Shown here: positions 9,330-21,078 of the stretch, piece by piece | Position numbering within the stretch: position 1 is the first letter of the stretch | Layout: every line of letters starts with the position of its first letter | NCBI GenBank assembly: GCA_963712585.1 | Contig: CAVQIH010000012.1 | Span: 138,210 to 202,209, forward strand | Origin: an uncultured Chloroflexia bacterium | GTDB lineage: Bacteria > Chloroflexota > Limnocylindria > Limnocylindrales > CSP1-4 | Reading direction: 5' to 3' | Length of the DNA: 64,000 nt | Translations under genes and position numbers: made by a program | Notes under the pieces: model-generated | The model's database searches: none | The model's input: the letters and a program-made list of their open reading frames with translations, nothing else | Told to the model about the DNA's origin: nothing

Positions 9330-10060
9330 CGCTTCACGCCGGCGAGCACCTCCGCCTGGGTGGCGAAGAGCTGCTCGAGGCCCGCTCCGGCCAGCTCGAT
9401 GAGACCGTCGAGCGCCGCCCGGTCGAACGGCCGTCCCTCGGCGGTGCCCTGCACTTCGACGAACGTTCCGGCATCGGTGGCGACGACGTTGAAGTCGACC
9501 TGGGCCCGCGAGTCCTCCGCATAGTCGAGGTCGAGGACGTGCACGCCGTCGACGATGCCGACGCTCACCGCCGCGACCTGGTGGGTCAGGGTGCGCTCCA
9601 TGCCGTAGGTGATGAGCGCCGCCGCCAGCGCCACGTAGCCGCCGGTGATCGAGGCTGTCCGGGTCCCGCCGTCCGCCTGGATCACGTCGCAGTCGATGGC
9701 AACGGTCCGCTCGCCGAGCTTGGCCAGGTCGACGACGCCCCGAAGCGAGCGCCCGACCAGGCGCTGGATCTCGTGCGGTCCGCCCGCCAACCCGGCCGAT
9801 CGCGGCCTCGCGTGGCGTTCGCTCGGAGGTCGCCCGCGGCAGCATGCTGTACTCGGCCGTCACCCAGCCGGTCCCGTTGCCCCGAAGGTGCGGCGGGACG
9901 CGATCCTCGATCGTCGCCGCGCAGATGCACCTGCGTGTCGCCGACCCGGATCCGGCATGAGCCCTCGGCCCACTTGAGGACGCCCAGGGTGAGGGAGACC
10001 GGGCGGAGCTGGCCCGGAAGCCGTCCGTCGGGGCGGCGATACGGTCGCGCCGATCGTCAT
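9326..10060 (-). pseudogene. rph: Ribonuclease PH, needs about three frame changes
   Basis: The ATG at 10058-10060 overlaps the mazG stop as ATGA. The pieces are [36 protein letters not shown] (one frame), [49 protein letters not shown] (second frame) and [36 protein letters not shown].. (ORF 9326-9790). Confidence 0.85.
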
Positions 10061-11311
10061 CGGGAGGTCTCCTCCGTGGAGGGTCGCTCGGCTTGCTTGG
10101 CGGCGATCCCACAGCTCATCCAGCGCGTCGAAGTCGAGGTCGCGCAGCGCGACGCCCCGTTCTGCCGCCAGCCGTTCGACGTGCCGGAATCGACGGCGGA
10201 ACTTGTCGTTCGCCGAGCGCAGCGCGGCCTCGGCTTCCACTCCCTCTCGACGGGCGAGGTTGACCGCGACCATCAGCAGGTCGCCGACTCCTCGGCGCGC
10301 TCCGCGGCCGAGGCGGCCGTCAGGAGCTCGTCCAGCTCCTCGTGCAACTTGGCGACGACACCGTCGACGGTAGGGCCAGTCGTAGCCCAGGTGGGCCGCC
10401 CGGTCCTGCATCTCCTGGCTGGCCGCCAGGGCGGGCATCGACTGGCTGATCCCGTCGAGAGCGCCCCGCGGCGAAACCGGCGCATCACCGTCGGATCGCC
10501 CGGCCTCCGATCCGGGGCGCCTCCTGCCCGAGACGCTTCGGCGGCCTCGGCCGCCCGCTCGGCCGTCTTGATCTGCTCCCATTGGCGACTCACGTCGCTT
10601 GCCGTCCTTGCCACCGCGTCGCCGAAGACGTGCGGATGGCGCCGCACGATCTTGGCGCCGATGGCGGCGTGCACGTCGGTCAGGTCGAAGATCCCCTCCT
10701 CGGCCGCCAGCTGCGCGTGCAGGACGATCTGGAGCAGCAGGTCGCCGAGCTCCTCGGCCAGGGCCGGCGTCGAGCCGCCGCGCCAGCGCGTCGTAGACCT
10801 CGTAGGCCTCCTCGAGGAGGTGCCGTGCGCAGCGACTCGTGCGTCTGCTCGCGATCCCACGGGCAGCCGTCGGGCCGGCGCAGGCGATCGGAGATCCAGG
10901 GCAGCGCCCAGGGTGACGCCTGGCGAAGGCTGCCTCGCGCTCGAGCGGCGGGAGATAGAGGCGGGCCGGCGAGATCGGCGGCCACGAGCTCGGCGACGAT
11001 CGTCGTGCTCGGCGGCGTCCCGAACCGGCCGACCGCGATGGGTCGCCGGGTACAGGCGTCGGAGGACGGCCAGGGCATCGTCGCCGCCCGGACCGTGGCG
11101 CCCTGGAAGCGGCTCCACGGGAGTCGGCCGGGCTCCGCGTCGCCGGACGCCTCGGCGCGCGTCGCCAGGAGCGCGTCGCGGGACGAGGATGAGCGGCCGC
11201 CACGCGTCGATCGGGATGGCCACCAGCCGTTCGGCGGCCACCAGCCGCACGCCATCGGCGCGGGTCGAGGCCCCAGCGGATCTGCGCCTCGTTGACGAGC
11301 GCGTCGATCAC
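10057..11311 (-). pseudogene. mazG: MazG-family nucleoside triphosphate pyrophosphohydrolase, multiple frameshifts
   Basis: Recognisable fragments are scattered over three frames. They include DGCPWDREQTHESLR, HLLEEAYEVYDAL, LAEELGDLLLQIVLHAQLAAEEGIFDLTDVHAAIGAKIVRRHPHVFGD, ALAASQEMQDRAAHLGYDWP and VGDLLMVAVNLARREGVEAEAALRSANDKFRRRF. The GTG start at 11309-11311 overlaps the upstream stop. Confidence 0.8.
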
Positions 11312-13063
11312 CGGCGGAGGCGGCCTGCGACCGTCAGGGCGTGCTGACGGTCGGGCCGCGGGCTGTCACGTAGCTTCTCGATCTGGGCGGCGTTCTTCTG
11401 GGGCTGATACCAAGTCGTGAACCCGTTCGCCTTGATCGCGTCGACCTGGGTCGCGTCGACCTTCGGGTCTGCTCCTCGAGGATCTTGTAGAGGTAGTACC
11501 CGTCCGTCGACTGGATCGGCGTGCGTCACCGCGCCGACCGCCGGTGCGAAGATCGACGACCTCGCGCGAGGTGGCAAGCTGGTAGCGGGCGACCCAGCCG
11601 AGGTCGCCGCCGTCGCTGGCCTCGGCGCCCTCGGAGTCTGTCCTTCGCCAGCGGCCGCGAAGTCGGCCCCGCGGCCCGCGCCTGCTCGGCGAGCTGGTCA
11701 TCCGGTGCGAGGCGGGCCCGCGCGCGGCCGACGAACTGGATCACGTGCCAGCCGAAGGCCGACTTGACGGGCTCGAGGATCTGGTCCTTCTGAAGGCCGT
11801 CGGCGAAGATCGCCGTGCCGAAGGCAGGATCGAGGTCGGCCTGGGCGTAGTAGGGCAGGTCCCCGCCGTCGTCCTTGGTGCCGGTGTCGTTGCTGTCGCG
11901 AACGGCGATCTCGGCGAACTTCGCGGGGTCCGTCTTCAGCTCCTCGTACGTCGCGCGAGCCTTTGCCTCCGCCTTCGCCCAGGCAGGATCGTCGGTGGCC
12001 AGAGCGCTGGCACCCTGTGGATCGCCCTTCGGCGAGTACAGGATGTGGCGGACCTTCACCTCTCTCCACGTCCTGGCCGGCGGTGGCCGCCAGGAAGATC
12101 TCCTGGACCCGTCGCTGGGGGGTTTCGCCATCGAGGATGGGGTTCAGGACATAGTCCTCGAGGGCCTGCTTGGTGACCTCGGCGCGGACGATTCCCTTGT
12201 ACACGTCGAGGCTGACGCCCGCGTCCTGGATCTTCTGGACGTACTGCGCGTCCTCGCTGGCGGCCACGATGTTGGTGACACGTCCGATGGCGAACGAGCC
12301 ATCTGAGAGCGTGAGAACGTCGGTGATCTGGTTCGCCTGGAGGGCGAGGATCGCGTCGAGGTAGACCTTGTCGACACCGCTCGTCAGCAGTCAGGTAGCC
12401 GATCGCGCCACCCTGGGAGGCCGAGCTGTCGGACGATTCTTGGCGACCTCGGTCCAGTCCTTGCCGCCCTTGAGGTCGGCCAGCAGCCGGTCGGCCTTCT
12501 GGCGCGCGGCGTCGGTTCTGCTCCTCGGTGGGCGTCGTGGCATCCGCTGACAGCTCCGGCTGGATCGTGATGACCCAGGACTCGCGGTACTCCGGTCGCT
12601 GGGCCTCCTTCTTGAGCTGGTCCTCGACCTGCTGGTCGGTCACCGTCACGCCGTCCTTGGCGGCGATCTGGCGCTGGAGCTCGTTGTCGATCATGCTCTC
12701 GAGGGCGGTGTCGGGCAGCTGCTGGGCCTGACTTTGGAGCTGCTGGATCCGCTGGTCGGCCTCGGATGAGCTGATCAGGCCCCGGGTCCCCTGGTCACGG
12801 AAGTTGCTCTCGGCCTCGGTCAGTCGCCAGGTGTAAGCCGCCAGCGCGGCGCGGTACTGGTCCTTGCTGATGCTCTGGCCGTTGACGGAGGCCATGGCCG
12901 CCCAATGATCGGCGTACCAGGATGCGGCGGCAGCGCCGGCCAGGATCAAGACCGCGATGATGACGACGGCCCCGAAGGCCAGGTTCAGGTACAGGTTCCG
13001 CCGTTCGCCCGACTCGCGACGCTGGCGGCCGGGCGTCACGACGGGCTTGGCTCGGAAGGTCAT
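11308..13063 (-). pseudogene. Membrane-anchored SurA/PrsA-like peptidyl-prolyl isomerase with parvulin domains, multiple frameshifts
   Basis: The ATG lies at 13061-13063. The N-terminal anchor is RNLYLNLAFGAVVIIAVLILAG. Parvulin signatures sit in different frames (VKVRHILYSPKGDP, GGDLPYYAQADLDPAFGTAIFA, KSAFGWHVIQF, and a second GGDLGWVARYQL). Confidence 0.7.
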
Positions 13064-13147
13064 GGCGTGCGGAGGTCCTCTGCATGGAAGCGCCCCCGAC
13101 GATCGCCGGTGGGCGGGAGGGGTATCGTACCGCATCCCTCCCGCCGA

Positions 13148-14507
13148 TCAGGGCCTGTGCGCCCCTTCGGTGTGGGGCGGGCTAGGAGGCCTTGGCCGGC
13201 CCAGCCCGCGCCCAGGCGCAGCACCTGGCGAGCGCGAACCGGGCGCCCCCGCGAGCTGTTCACCGTGTCGAGGATCAGCGGGGCATCGCGGTAGACCGCG
13301 CTCCCAGTCGATGGCCTCGTGCCGTGTCACCACGATGACGAGGTCGGACTCGGCAAGGACCGTCGTCCAGCGGCTCCGAGGTGTGCCGTCCACCGTCGAC
13401 GTCTTCGAAGGTCGGGACGTGCGGATCGTGGTAGGCGGACACGGGCGCCCCGCTCCGGCCAGCCCGGCCAGGATGTCGGCCGCCGGCGAGTTGCGCGGGT
13501 CGCGGACGTTGGGCTTGAAGGCCACGCCGATGACGCCGACCCGTGCGCCCTTGAGCGCCCGGCCGCGCTCGTTGAGCGCCTCGGCGACCAGGTCCACGAC
13601 GTGGCGCGGCATCGCGAGGTTGATGTCGCCGGCCAGCTCCACGAAGCGATCGACGAAGTCGAACTCGCGGGCCCGCCAGGCGAGGTAGTAGGGATCGACC
13701 GGGATGCAGTGGCCGCCCGACCCCGGGGCCCGGCCGGAACGGCATGAACCCGAAGGGCTTGGTGGCCGCGGCGTCGATGACCTCCCAGACGTCGAGGCCC
13801 ATCCGCTCGCAGAGCAGCGCCAGCTGGTTGACCAGCGCGATGTTGACGTTGCGGAAGACGTTCTCGAGGAGCTTGGCGAGCTCGGCGGCGTCCGGCGAGG
13901 AGAGCTCCAGGACCGTGTCGTTGATGCGCCGCAGGAGGGCCGCGGCGCGCGCCGTGCCCGCCGGGGTCAGCGCCGCCGACGAGGCGCGGGACGTCGCGCC
14001 GGCGCGCTGGCGGGGTCGCCCGGGTTGACCCGCTCCGGGGCGAAGGCGAGGTCGAAGTCGCGGCCGGCGACGAGGCCCGACCGCTCTCGAGCTCCTCGCG
14101 GAAGCGGGCCCGTCGGTCGTGCCCGGGAAGGTCGTCGACTGGAGGACGACGAGCTGGCCCGCGCGGAGGTGCTCGCGGACGAGTCGCGGCCGCCGACAGC
14201 ACCGGCCCGAGGTCGGGGTCCTTGGCCCGGTGATCGGGGTCGGGACGCAGACGAAGATCGACGTCGCGCGTCACCGAGCGTCGCCTCGGTCGAGCTGCTG
14301 ACGATCCGAAGCCGTCCGAGCGCAGCGCGGCGGCGAGCCGCTCGTCGTCGATGTCGTCGATCGGCGAGCGGCCGGCCGCGCAGCTCGTCGACCCGGCGCT
14401 GCTCGGCGTCGACGCCGACGACGTCCGACGCCCGCCTCGACGAAGGCGAGGGCGAGCGGCAGGCCGACGTAGCCGAGGCCGATGATCGCGACGCGCTCGT
14501 CGCTCAC
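13148..14507 (-). pseudogene. UDP-sugar (UDP-glucose/UDP-N-acetyl-hexosamine) 6-dehydrogenase family, multiple frameshifts; 3' end approximate
   Basis: The GTG at 14505-14507 follows a GGAGG and overlaps the GT4 stop. The Rossmann start is SDERVAIIGLGYVGLPLALAFVEAG. Later fragments are VWEVIDAAATKPFGFMPFRPGPGVG and RVGVIGVAFKPNVRDPRNSPA..DLVIVVTRHEAIDWE. Confidence 0.75.
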
Positions 14508-15814
14508 GTTGCCTCCACAGGTTCGAGCGACCGGATTCGGTGGCCGGGGTCGGGGCCGCGCCGATCGGGACGCTCGCCGGGTCGGTCGGTGCCGGCAGCT
14601 CGGTCGGGGGCTCCACGGGCCCACCGCGCGCGAGGCGCTCGATCAGGCCGAGGTAGCGGCCGGCCTCGGCGATCCCAGCGACAGCTCGCGGACCCGTGAC
14701 CCGGTCCGGTACGACGCGGGCCTCGCGCTCGAGCGGGTCGTCGACGAGGCGGAGGATCGCGCGCGGCCAGGTCGTCCGGGTCGCCGGGCTCGTACGTGGC
14801 GACGGTTCCGGCCGGAAAGTAGCGCTCGACCAGTCGGCAGGCGCGAGGCGACGACCGGCTTGCCCATCGCGGCGTACTCGAAGAGCTTCGTCGAGAGGCT
14901 GAAGTCGGTGAACTCGTCGCGGCGGGTCGGGGCGAGGCCGATGTCGGCCGCGGCGATCGCCGCCGGCACCTCCTCGATCGGGATGCGACCGTGGAAGTCG
15001 GACACACCGGTCGAGGTCGAGCTCCCTGACCAGCGCCCGCACGGCCGGGACCGCGTCGCCCCGACCGTAGACGTCGAGCTCCGGCCCGAGGTCGGGACGT
15101 TCCGCGCAGAGGCGGGCAAGCGCCTGAACGGCGACGTCGAGCTCGTAGGTCGGCGTGAGGGCACCGGCGTAGACGAGCTGGAGGCGGCCGTCCTGGCCAT
15201 GAAGCCGCGGGCCGGGAATCGGGCCGGGTCGAACCGGGCCAGGGCCGGGGCGTTGAGGACGACGGTGATCTTCTCGGGCGGCACGCCCAGCGCGACGAGC
15301 CGCTCGGCGAGCGCGTCGTTGACGGTGATGACCGCGTCCGCGGCGAGACTGCCAGCCGCTCCTGGGCCAGGAGCGGCCCGATGCGCCAGGGCCCGCGGCG
15401 CGCCGGAAAGCGACTCCGGAAGAACTCCGGCATCGCCTCGTGGAGGTCGAGCACGAGCGGGACGCCGGCGAGCCGCAGCGGCAGGCCGGCGAACACCAGG
15501 AAGTCCGGCAGCGTGTGCACCTGGACGAGCGCGTAGCGCCGCCGGGCGTGGGCGAGGGTCGCCGCGACCGTGGCCGCGGACAGAACGCCACGTACTCGGC
15601 CAGGTACGTGGCGATCCCCGCACCCTGGTGGCGGCTGGACGTCGAGGCGGTGGAGGCGGACGCCGTCGACCACGTCACGCGCCGCTTCGCCGGGACGGCG
15701 CAGCGCGAAGACGTCCACCGGGCGGCCGGCGGCCACGAGGGACTCGGCCTCGCGGCGGACGCGCGCGTCCTCCTCGTAGTAGGAGTGGACGATCACGCAG
15801 ACGGGTCGGGGCAT
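14504..15814 (-). pseudogene. GT4-family glycosyltransferase, multiple frameshifts
   Basis: The N-terminus is MPRPVCVIVHSYYEEDARVRREAESLVAAGRPVDVF. Other fragments are ADAVITVNDALAERLVALGVPPEKITVVLN and DIGLAPTRRDEFTDFSLSTKLFEYAAMGKPVVAS, each in a different frame. Confidence 0.75.
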
Positions 15815-16286
15815 GCGCGTGCGGCGCTCCAGGAACGGCACGCCGACATGCTAAGCGCTCCGCAGCCCGGACGGGGGACCCGGCCGGTGGTCGTGGGCCA
15901 GGCCGGCGCCGGGAGCCGGCGTGGCGATGGTGGCGGAGCGCGCGATCCCCGTCCGCCGGTGGCAGTCGATAGCGGCGTACTGCCCCCAGCAGTAGTGGGC
16001 GGCGTTCTCGCACCACGGCCGCCCCGACCGGTCTTCGCGACGCTCCGCAGGGCCGGCTAGGTGGTCTCCGCAGAACCCGGCCGCAAGGGCTGTCGAGCCC
16101 AGCACTGGATCGACTGGAGGGCCGCGCCGGCTCTCGGTGGTGGAGGGCGGGATCACGACCCGGTATTCGCGTGCGCCTACTGCCCCCAACAGTACGCCGT
16201 GAGGGTCGGCGGCCGCGGGTGAGGCGCCGCCAGAGACATGGGGGCGTCGGCCGGCACGGCCCAGCGTGCTACCGTACGCGTCGGTC

Positions 16287-17182
16287 ATGGCCGCCACCAC
16301 CGAGGCATCGACCTCGTACCGCAGTTCTGCCTACCGACCGGGTCCGGTCGGCCTCCTCCGAGAAGCCATCGGCGAGGTCTGGTCCCGTCGTCGGCTGATC
16401 CGCTACCTCGTCCAGGCCGACCTCAAGAAGAAGGGCGCCGACACCCTCCTCGGCAACCTCTGGTGGGTCCTCGATCCGCTCCTCCAGATGGTCGTCTACG
16501 TCGTCCTCGTGTCGGTCATCTTCGACCGGACGACGCCCGACTACCCGCTCTTCATCTTCGCCGCGATCCTGCCCTGGAAGTGGTTCACGAGCGCGATCGC
16601 ACGACGCGATCACGTCGGTCGTCGGCCCGGAGCGGCTCATCAAGCAGGTCCAACTTCCCGAAGCTCGTCCTGCCCGCGGCGGCCACGTTCGCCGGGATCG
16701 CCAACTTCGCCTTCGGCCTGATCCCGCTGTTCGCGACTGCTGATCCTGTTCTACCCGCACCGGCTCAGCTGGCACGCTCGTCTGCTGATCCCGGTCGATC
16801 GCCGTCGTCCAGCTCGTCTTCACGCTCGCCATCGGCGATCGTCCTGGCGGCGGTCAACGTCTTCTATCCGCGACGTCGGCAACGTCAGCCGCCACGTGCT
16901 GCGCCTGTGGTTCTACCTCTCGCCGGCGCTCTACTCGCTGCGACCAGATCACGTCGGCTCGGCAAGCGCCGATCCCGCTCGTGGCCGACGCTCATGCTGC
17001 TCAACCCGTTCGCGACCCTCTTCGAGTCCTACCGCAACGTGATCTACGGGATCGACGGGCTGGCCCGACCGACCCGTTGTGGGGGCACCTGGCCGTCCTG
17101 CTGGTCGTCTCGATCGTGTTGCTCGCGCTGGCGACGCTACTTCTTCAAGCGGGTCGAGCCCGCGTTCGCGAAGGTGCTCTGA
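16287..17182 (+). pseudogene. wzm: ABC-2 type polysaccharide/teichoic-acid export permease (Wzm/TagG-like), frameshifted; start 16266 or 16287
   Basis: Recognisable fragments include LLREAIGEVWSRRRLIRYLVQADLKKKGADTLLGNLWWVLDPLLQMVVYVVLVSVIF, PKLVLPAAATFAGIANFAFGLIPL and LMLLNPFATLFESYRNVIYG..YFFKRVEPAFAKVL. Confidence 0.75.
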
Positions 17183-18071
17183 TGACCGCCGCCGAGCCGA
17201 TCCAGCTGAACGTCCTGGCCGACGACCGGCGGGCCATCGAGCCGATGCCGAACCCGGCCGACGCAGCCGAGGAGCTCCCGGTCATCGACGCCCGCGACCT
17301 CGGCGTCCGCTACAGCCTGCGGTTCACGAGGAAGACGACCATCCGCCACTCGTTCGCCAACCTGCTCCGACGCGGCGAGCGGCCCTCGCGAGTTCTGGGC
17401 GCTCCGCGACGTCACGCTTCCGGCTCGTGAACGGCGAGTCGCTGGCGGTCATCGGACCGAACGGCGCCGGCAAGAGCACGCTCCTCCAGGTCCTGGCCGG
17501 GATCATCACGCCGTCCGAGGGGGCCGTCGACGTCCACGGCCAGATCTCGAGCCTGCTCACGCTCGGCGCCGGCTTCGACCAGGAGCTGACCGGCCGCGAG
17601 AACATCCTGCTCGCCGGCGCGTTCATGGGCATGGACCATGGCGAGATGGCGCGGCCGCGCCTCGGGGCATCGTCGACTTCGCCGACCTCGGCCAGTTCAT
17701 CGACGCGCCGATCAAGACCTACTCGTCGGGCATGCGCGCCGGCTCGGCTTCTCGATCGCCACCTCGGTCGACCCGGACATCCTGCTGCTCGACGAGGTCC
17801 TCGCGACCGGCGACGCAGGTGTTCCGGGCGAAGTCGCAAGGCCCGCGTCCTCGAGCTCGTCCGGGCGGCCAAGGCGATCGTGCTCGTCACCCACGACATG
17901 CACTGGGTGACCGAGTTCTGCAACCGCGCGATGCTCCTCGAGAAGGGCCACGTCGTCGCCGAGGGCGACCCGGCCGAGGTCGTGGCGATCCACGAGGAGC
18001 ACTCCGAACGCGAGCGCATCGAGAAGTCGGCCGAGATCCGGCGCATCCGGGCCGGCGCGCCGGCGACGTAG
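17182..18071 (+). pseudogene. wzt: ABC exporter ATP-binding protein (Wzt/TagH-like, short form), frameshifted
   Basis: The ATG overlaps the wzm stop. The gene has Walker A (LAVIGPNGAGKSTLLQ), an ABC signature (YSSGMRARLGFSIAT), Walker B (DILLLDEVLATGD) and an H-loop region (IVLVTHDMHWV), spread over three frames. Confidence 0.8.
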
Positions 18072-18119
18072 GTCGCGGGCAACCGCGAGAGGCCGGCGTT
18101 AGGCCCGATCAGCCGGCGA

Positions 18120-20200
18120 TCAGCCGGCCGCGGTCCGCCACCCCACCACGGTCGCCCCGTAGGGCTCGAGGCTCAGCGCCACGCCCGTGCTCTCGACCGG
18201 AAGGTCGACCGCGCCGGCGGGTCCGTAGGCGTGCGCCACCACCGTTCCTGGGGGCAGCCGCAGACCGGCCTGCACCCGTGACGGGCCATGGTTGGTGACG
18301 GCCACCAGGCCGCCTGCCTCGCCACGCAGGGCGCCGGTGGTGACGTCCGGGTGGTCGACGCAGGCGACCTCGCGGACGCCGGCCAGCTCGACCAGGCCGG
18401 CGTACAGGATCCCCCAGGCTCCGGTCGCCGGCCCGTGGGCGTCGGGCAGGCGGCCGCAGCAGCAGCTCGACCGGCGCGGCACAGGTCGCGACGAGCGCCC
18501 GCAGCCGCGCCGCGCGACGATCAGGGCGGGCTCCGCCGTCCGGTCGACCGCGACGACCTCGCGTCCGGCCGCCGGCGCGAGCCGGACGCCCTCGCGTCGC
18601 CAGCGTCCCGTCGCCGGCCGGCAGGGCGAGCTCGTCGCCGGCCGCGAACGGGCCCCACGGCCGGACGAAGCGCAGCATCGCCGGGACGGTCCGGCCGGGG
18701 CCCGGTCGACGAGGCGGCAGCCGGCGAGTGTCGGCCATCTCGGGGATCGCCACGTCGGCGGACACGAGAGACGTACACGGCACCCGCCTCGGGCGAAGTG
18801 GTCCGCCGCGCCCGCGCCAGAAGCTCGTCCGCACGTGATGGAGCGATGACGACGTCGAGGTCAGCGGAGCCGGCAGGATGACGAGCGGCGCATCCGGCCA
18901 GGCGTCGTCGAGGCGACTCGCGCGGGAAGCGCGACCGACACGCCGGCCCGGGCCGCCAGCACGAACCCGTTGAGCCAGGCCCCGGACGAGGGGCCGCGGA
19001 TCGCGCTCCGGGGTCCCAGGTCCGCTCGGCCGGCTCGTAGCGGCCCGGCGGGCGCGTCGTCGAGCCCGTAGGCCGGCCGGGTCGTACGGCGCGGACGTAC
19101 TCGTGGGGGACCGGGATCGCGGCGCGGCTGACCGGCCCGATCCCCGGCCAGGCCGTCGAGGTCGTCGCCCGACCGCCCGGACGGTCGCGGCCAGCTCGCC
19201 CAGGACGCGGCCCCGCGGTCGCAGCTCGCCGCGATGGTCGGTGACGCCGAACTGGGTCTCGTGCGGCTGGCGGACGTACGGAGCGCGCCGATAGGCGGCG
19301 GGCTCGGCGTCCGTCCAGCACCAGGCCAGGAAGCCGATCGCCCCGCGGCCGAGGCTCGACCAGGCGAGCAGCCGGTCGTAGGCGGCGACGCAGCTCGGGC
19401 TCGAACTGGGCCGACGAGGCGCCGTACTCGTGGAGCATCACCGGCCGGCCCGCCCCGGCGGCGAGCGCCGTCTCGAAGGCCGCCGCATGGGTCATCCGGC
19501 GTCCCGAGGAGGCTGTCCGGGTAGAGCTCGGGCGTAGATCGGGTAGGGATGGACGGTCGCGAAGTCGAGCGCGGTCGGCCACGACGTCGGCCCGGAACGG
19601 ACCCGCGCCGACCTCCTGGCTGGCCGTCCCGATCGTCACCAGGTGGTCCGGGTCGACCGCCCGGAGGGCGTCGACCAGGGCGCGTCGTCCAGGCCCGGGC
19701 GTCGTCGTCGGTCGTGTCCGGGAAGAGCCACAGGGGCGGCTCGTCGGTCAGGTCCCAGGCGAGGATCGCCGGATCGCCCCGCCAGCGCCGGGCGAGCATC
19801 GGCGGCCTGGGCCGACCTGGAGCCGCAGCAGCTCGGGATCGCGGTGCGGATGGCGGCCCGCCCGCCAGGGCACGTCCCAGTAGGCGTCGCCGACCTCGCC
19901 GCCGATGAAGAGGGTCGGGTGGAGGCAGCAGGCCGTGGCGCCGGGCGGCCGCGAGGACCTCGTCGAGGACGCCGCAGGTGGGCCTCGTCGTAGCGGCCGG
20001 GCTCCGGCTCGACGGCCGCCCAGAGCAGGTCGATCCGGACCGTGTCGAGGCCCGGCGGCGCCATCGCCGCGAAGGCCCGGTCGAAGGCGTCCGCGCCGAC
20101 CCGCCAGGGCCAGTCCGGTCCCTCGACCGGGACGTAGTGGGCGCCCACCGGCAGGATCGCCCGTCCGTCCCGCTCGAGGAAGTGCCGGCCGCGACGGACG
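18120..20200 (-). pseudogene. Glycoside hydrolase, (beta/alpha)8 clan GH-A type (GH5/GH42-like) with beta-sandwich C-terminal domain, many frameshifts; start not identifiable
   Basis: Fragments include FLERDGRAILPVGAHYVPVEGPDWPW..DTVRIDLLWAAVEPEPGRYDE, RWRGDPAILAWDLTDEPPLW and VTIGTASQE..RPVMLHEYGASS. The C-terminus is VAVTNHGPSRVQAGLRLPPGTVVAHAYGP..SLEPYGATVVGW. Confidence 0.6.
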
Positions 20201-20212
20201 GTGCTCCGCCGG

Positions 20213-21078
20213 TCAGCCTACGTCCTTGACGGCGCCGGCCGTCAGGCCCTCGATGAACCGGCGCTGGAGGACCAGGAAGATGAGGATCATCGGCGCCGCG
20301 GTGATGACCGTGCCGGCCATCGTCGTCGCCCCAGTCCGACGGCGTTCCGGCGGGCCAGCAGGGCCAGCCCGACCGGCAGCGTCCGCATGTCGTCGGAGCT
20401 GGTGACGATGAGCGGCCACAGGAAGTCGTTCCAGGCCGCCATGAAGGTGAAGATCGCCAGGGTGGCCATCCCGGGCACGGCCAGCGGGAAGACGATCGAG
20501 CGCAGGATGCGCCACTCGGAGGCGCCGTCCATCCGGGCCGACTCGAGGATCTCGTCGGGGATCGAGCGCAGGAACTGGCGCATCAGGAAGATCCCGAAGA
20601 CCTGGAACGCGCCCGGCGCGATCAGCCCGAAGTAGGTGTCGGCGCCGAGCGAGCGGGATCGCCTGGTGGAGCTCGACCATGATCTTGTAGAGCGGGATCA
20701 GGTTGACCTGGAACGGGACCATCAGGGTCAGCAGGAGGAGGAAGAAGATCGCGTCCCGGCCCGGGAAGCGGAGCTTGGCGAAGGCGTAGGCCGCCGCCGT
20801 CCCGAAGATGACGTTGAGGACCACGATCGAGCCGGTGACGATCACGCTGTTGAGGAGGTAGCGCGGGAACGGGATCAGGGTCGAAGACGTCCTGGTAGTT
20901 GTGCGAGCGTGAACGGATCGGGCAGGAAGCTGGGCGGGTAGGCGAAGACGTCGCCGGGCAGCTTGAACGAGGTGGACAGCGCCCAGCAGAACGGCGCGAT
21001 CATCAGCAGCGAGGCGGCCAGCCAGGAACGACGCTCTTGCCGATCCGGCGGGCCCGCCGGCGATCGCGTCGCTGCCAT
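20213..21078 (-). pseudogene. Carbohydrate ABC transporter permease (MalG-like), frameshifted
   Basis: Recognisable fragments are MAATRS..WLAASLLMIAPFCWALSTSFK, NSVIVTGSIVVLNVIFGTAAAYAFAKLRFPGRDAIFFLLLLTLMVPFQVNLIPLYKIM, and the EAA-loop piece FLRSIPDEILESARMDGASEWRILRSIVFPLAVPG. Confidence 0.75.

Noticed and set aside
15851-16300. A 149-aa minus-strand ORF lies in the divergent gap between the GT4 gene and wzm. It is Cys-containing (..PWCENAAHYCWGQYAAIDCH..).
   Set aside because: I recognise no family. Its 5' end would overlap the wzm start on the other strand. It lies in the indel-dense block, where ORF integrity is uninformative. I cannot support it as a gene, though a short real ORF upstream of the GT4 is not excluded.
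18107-18128. An 11-bp direct duplication, GATCAGCCGGC x2, lies at the 3' end of the glycoside hydrolase gene. A GCAA-tetraloop hairpin (18073-18088) follows wzt.
   Set aside because: Both are short and expected by chance at this composition. The hairpin has only a 6-bp stem and no U-tract. The duplication sits at the gene end, where it has no interpretable consequence.
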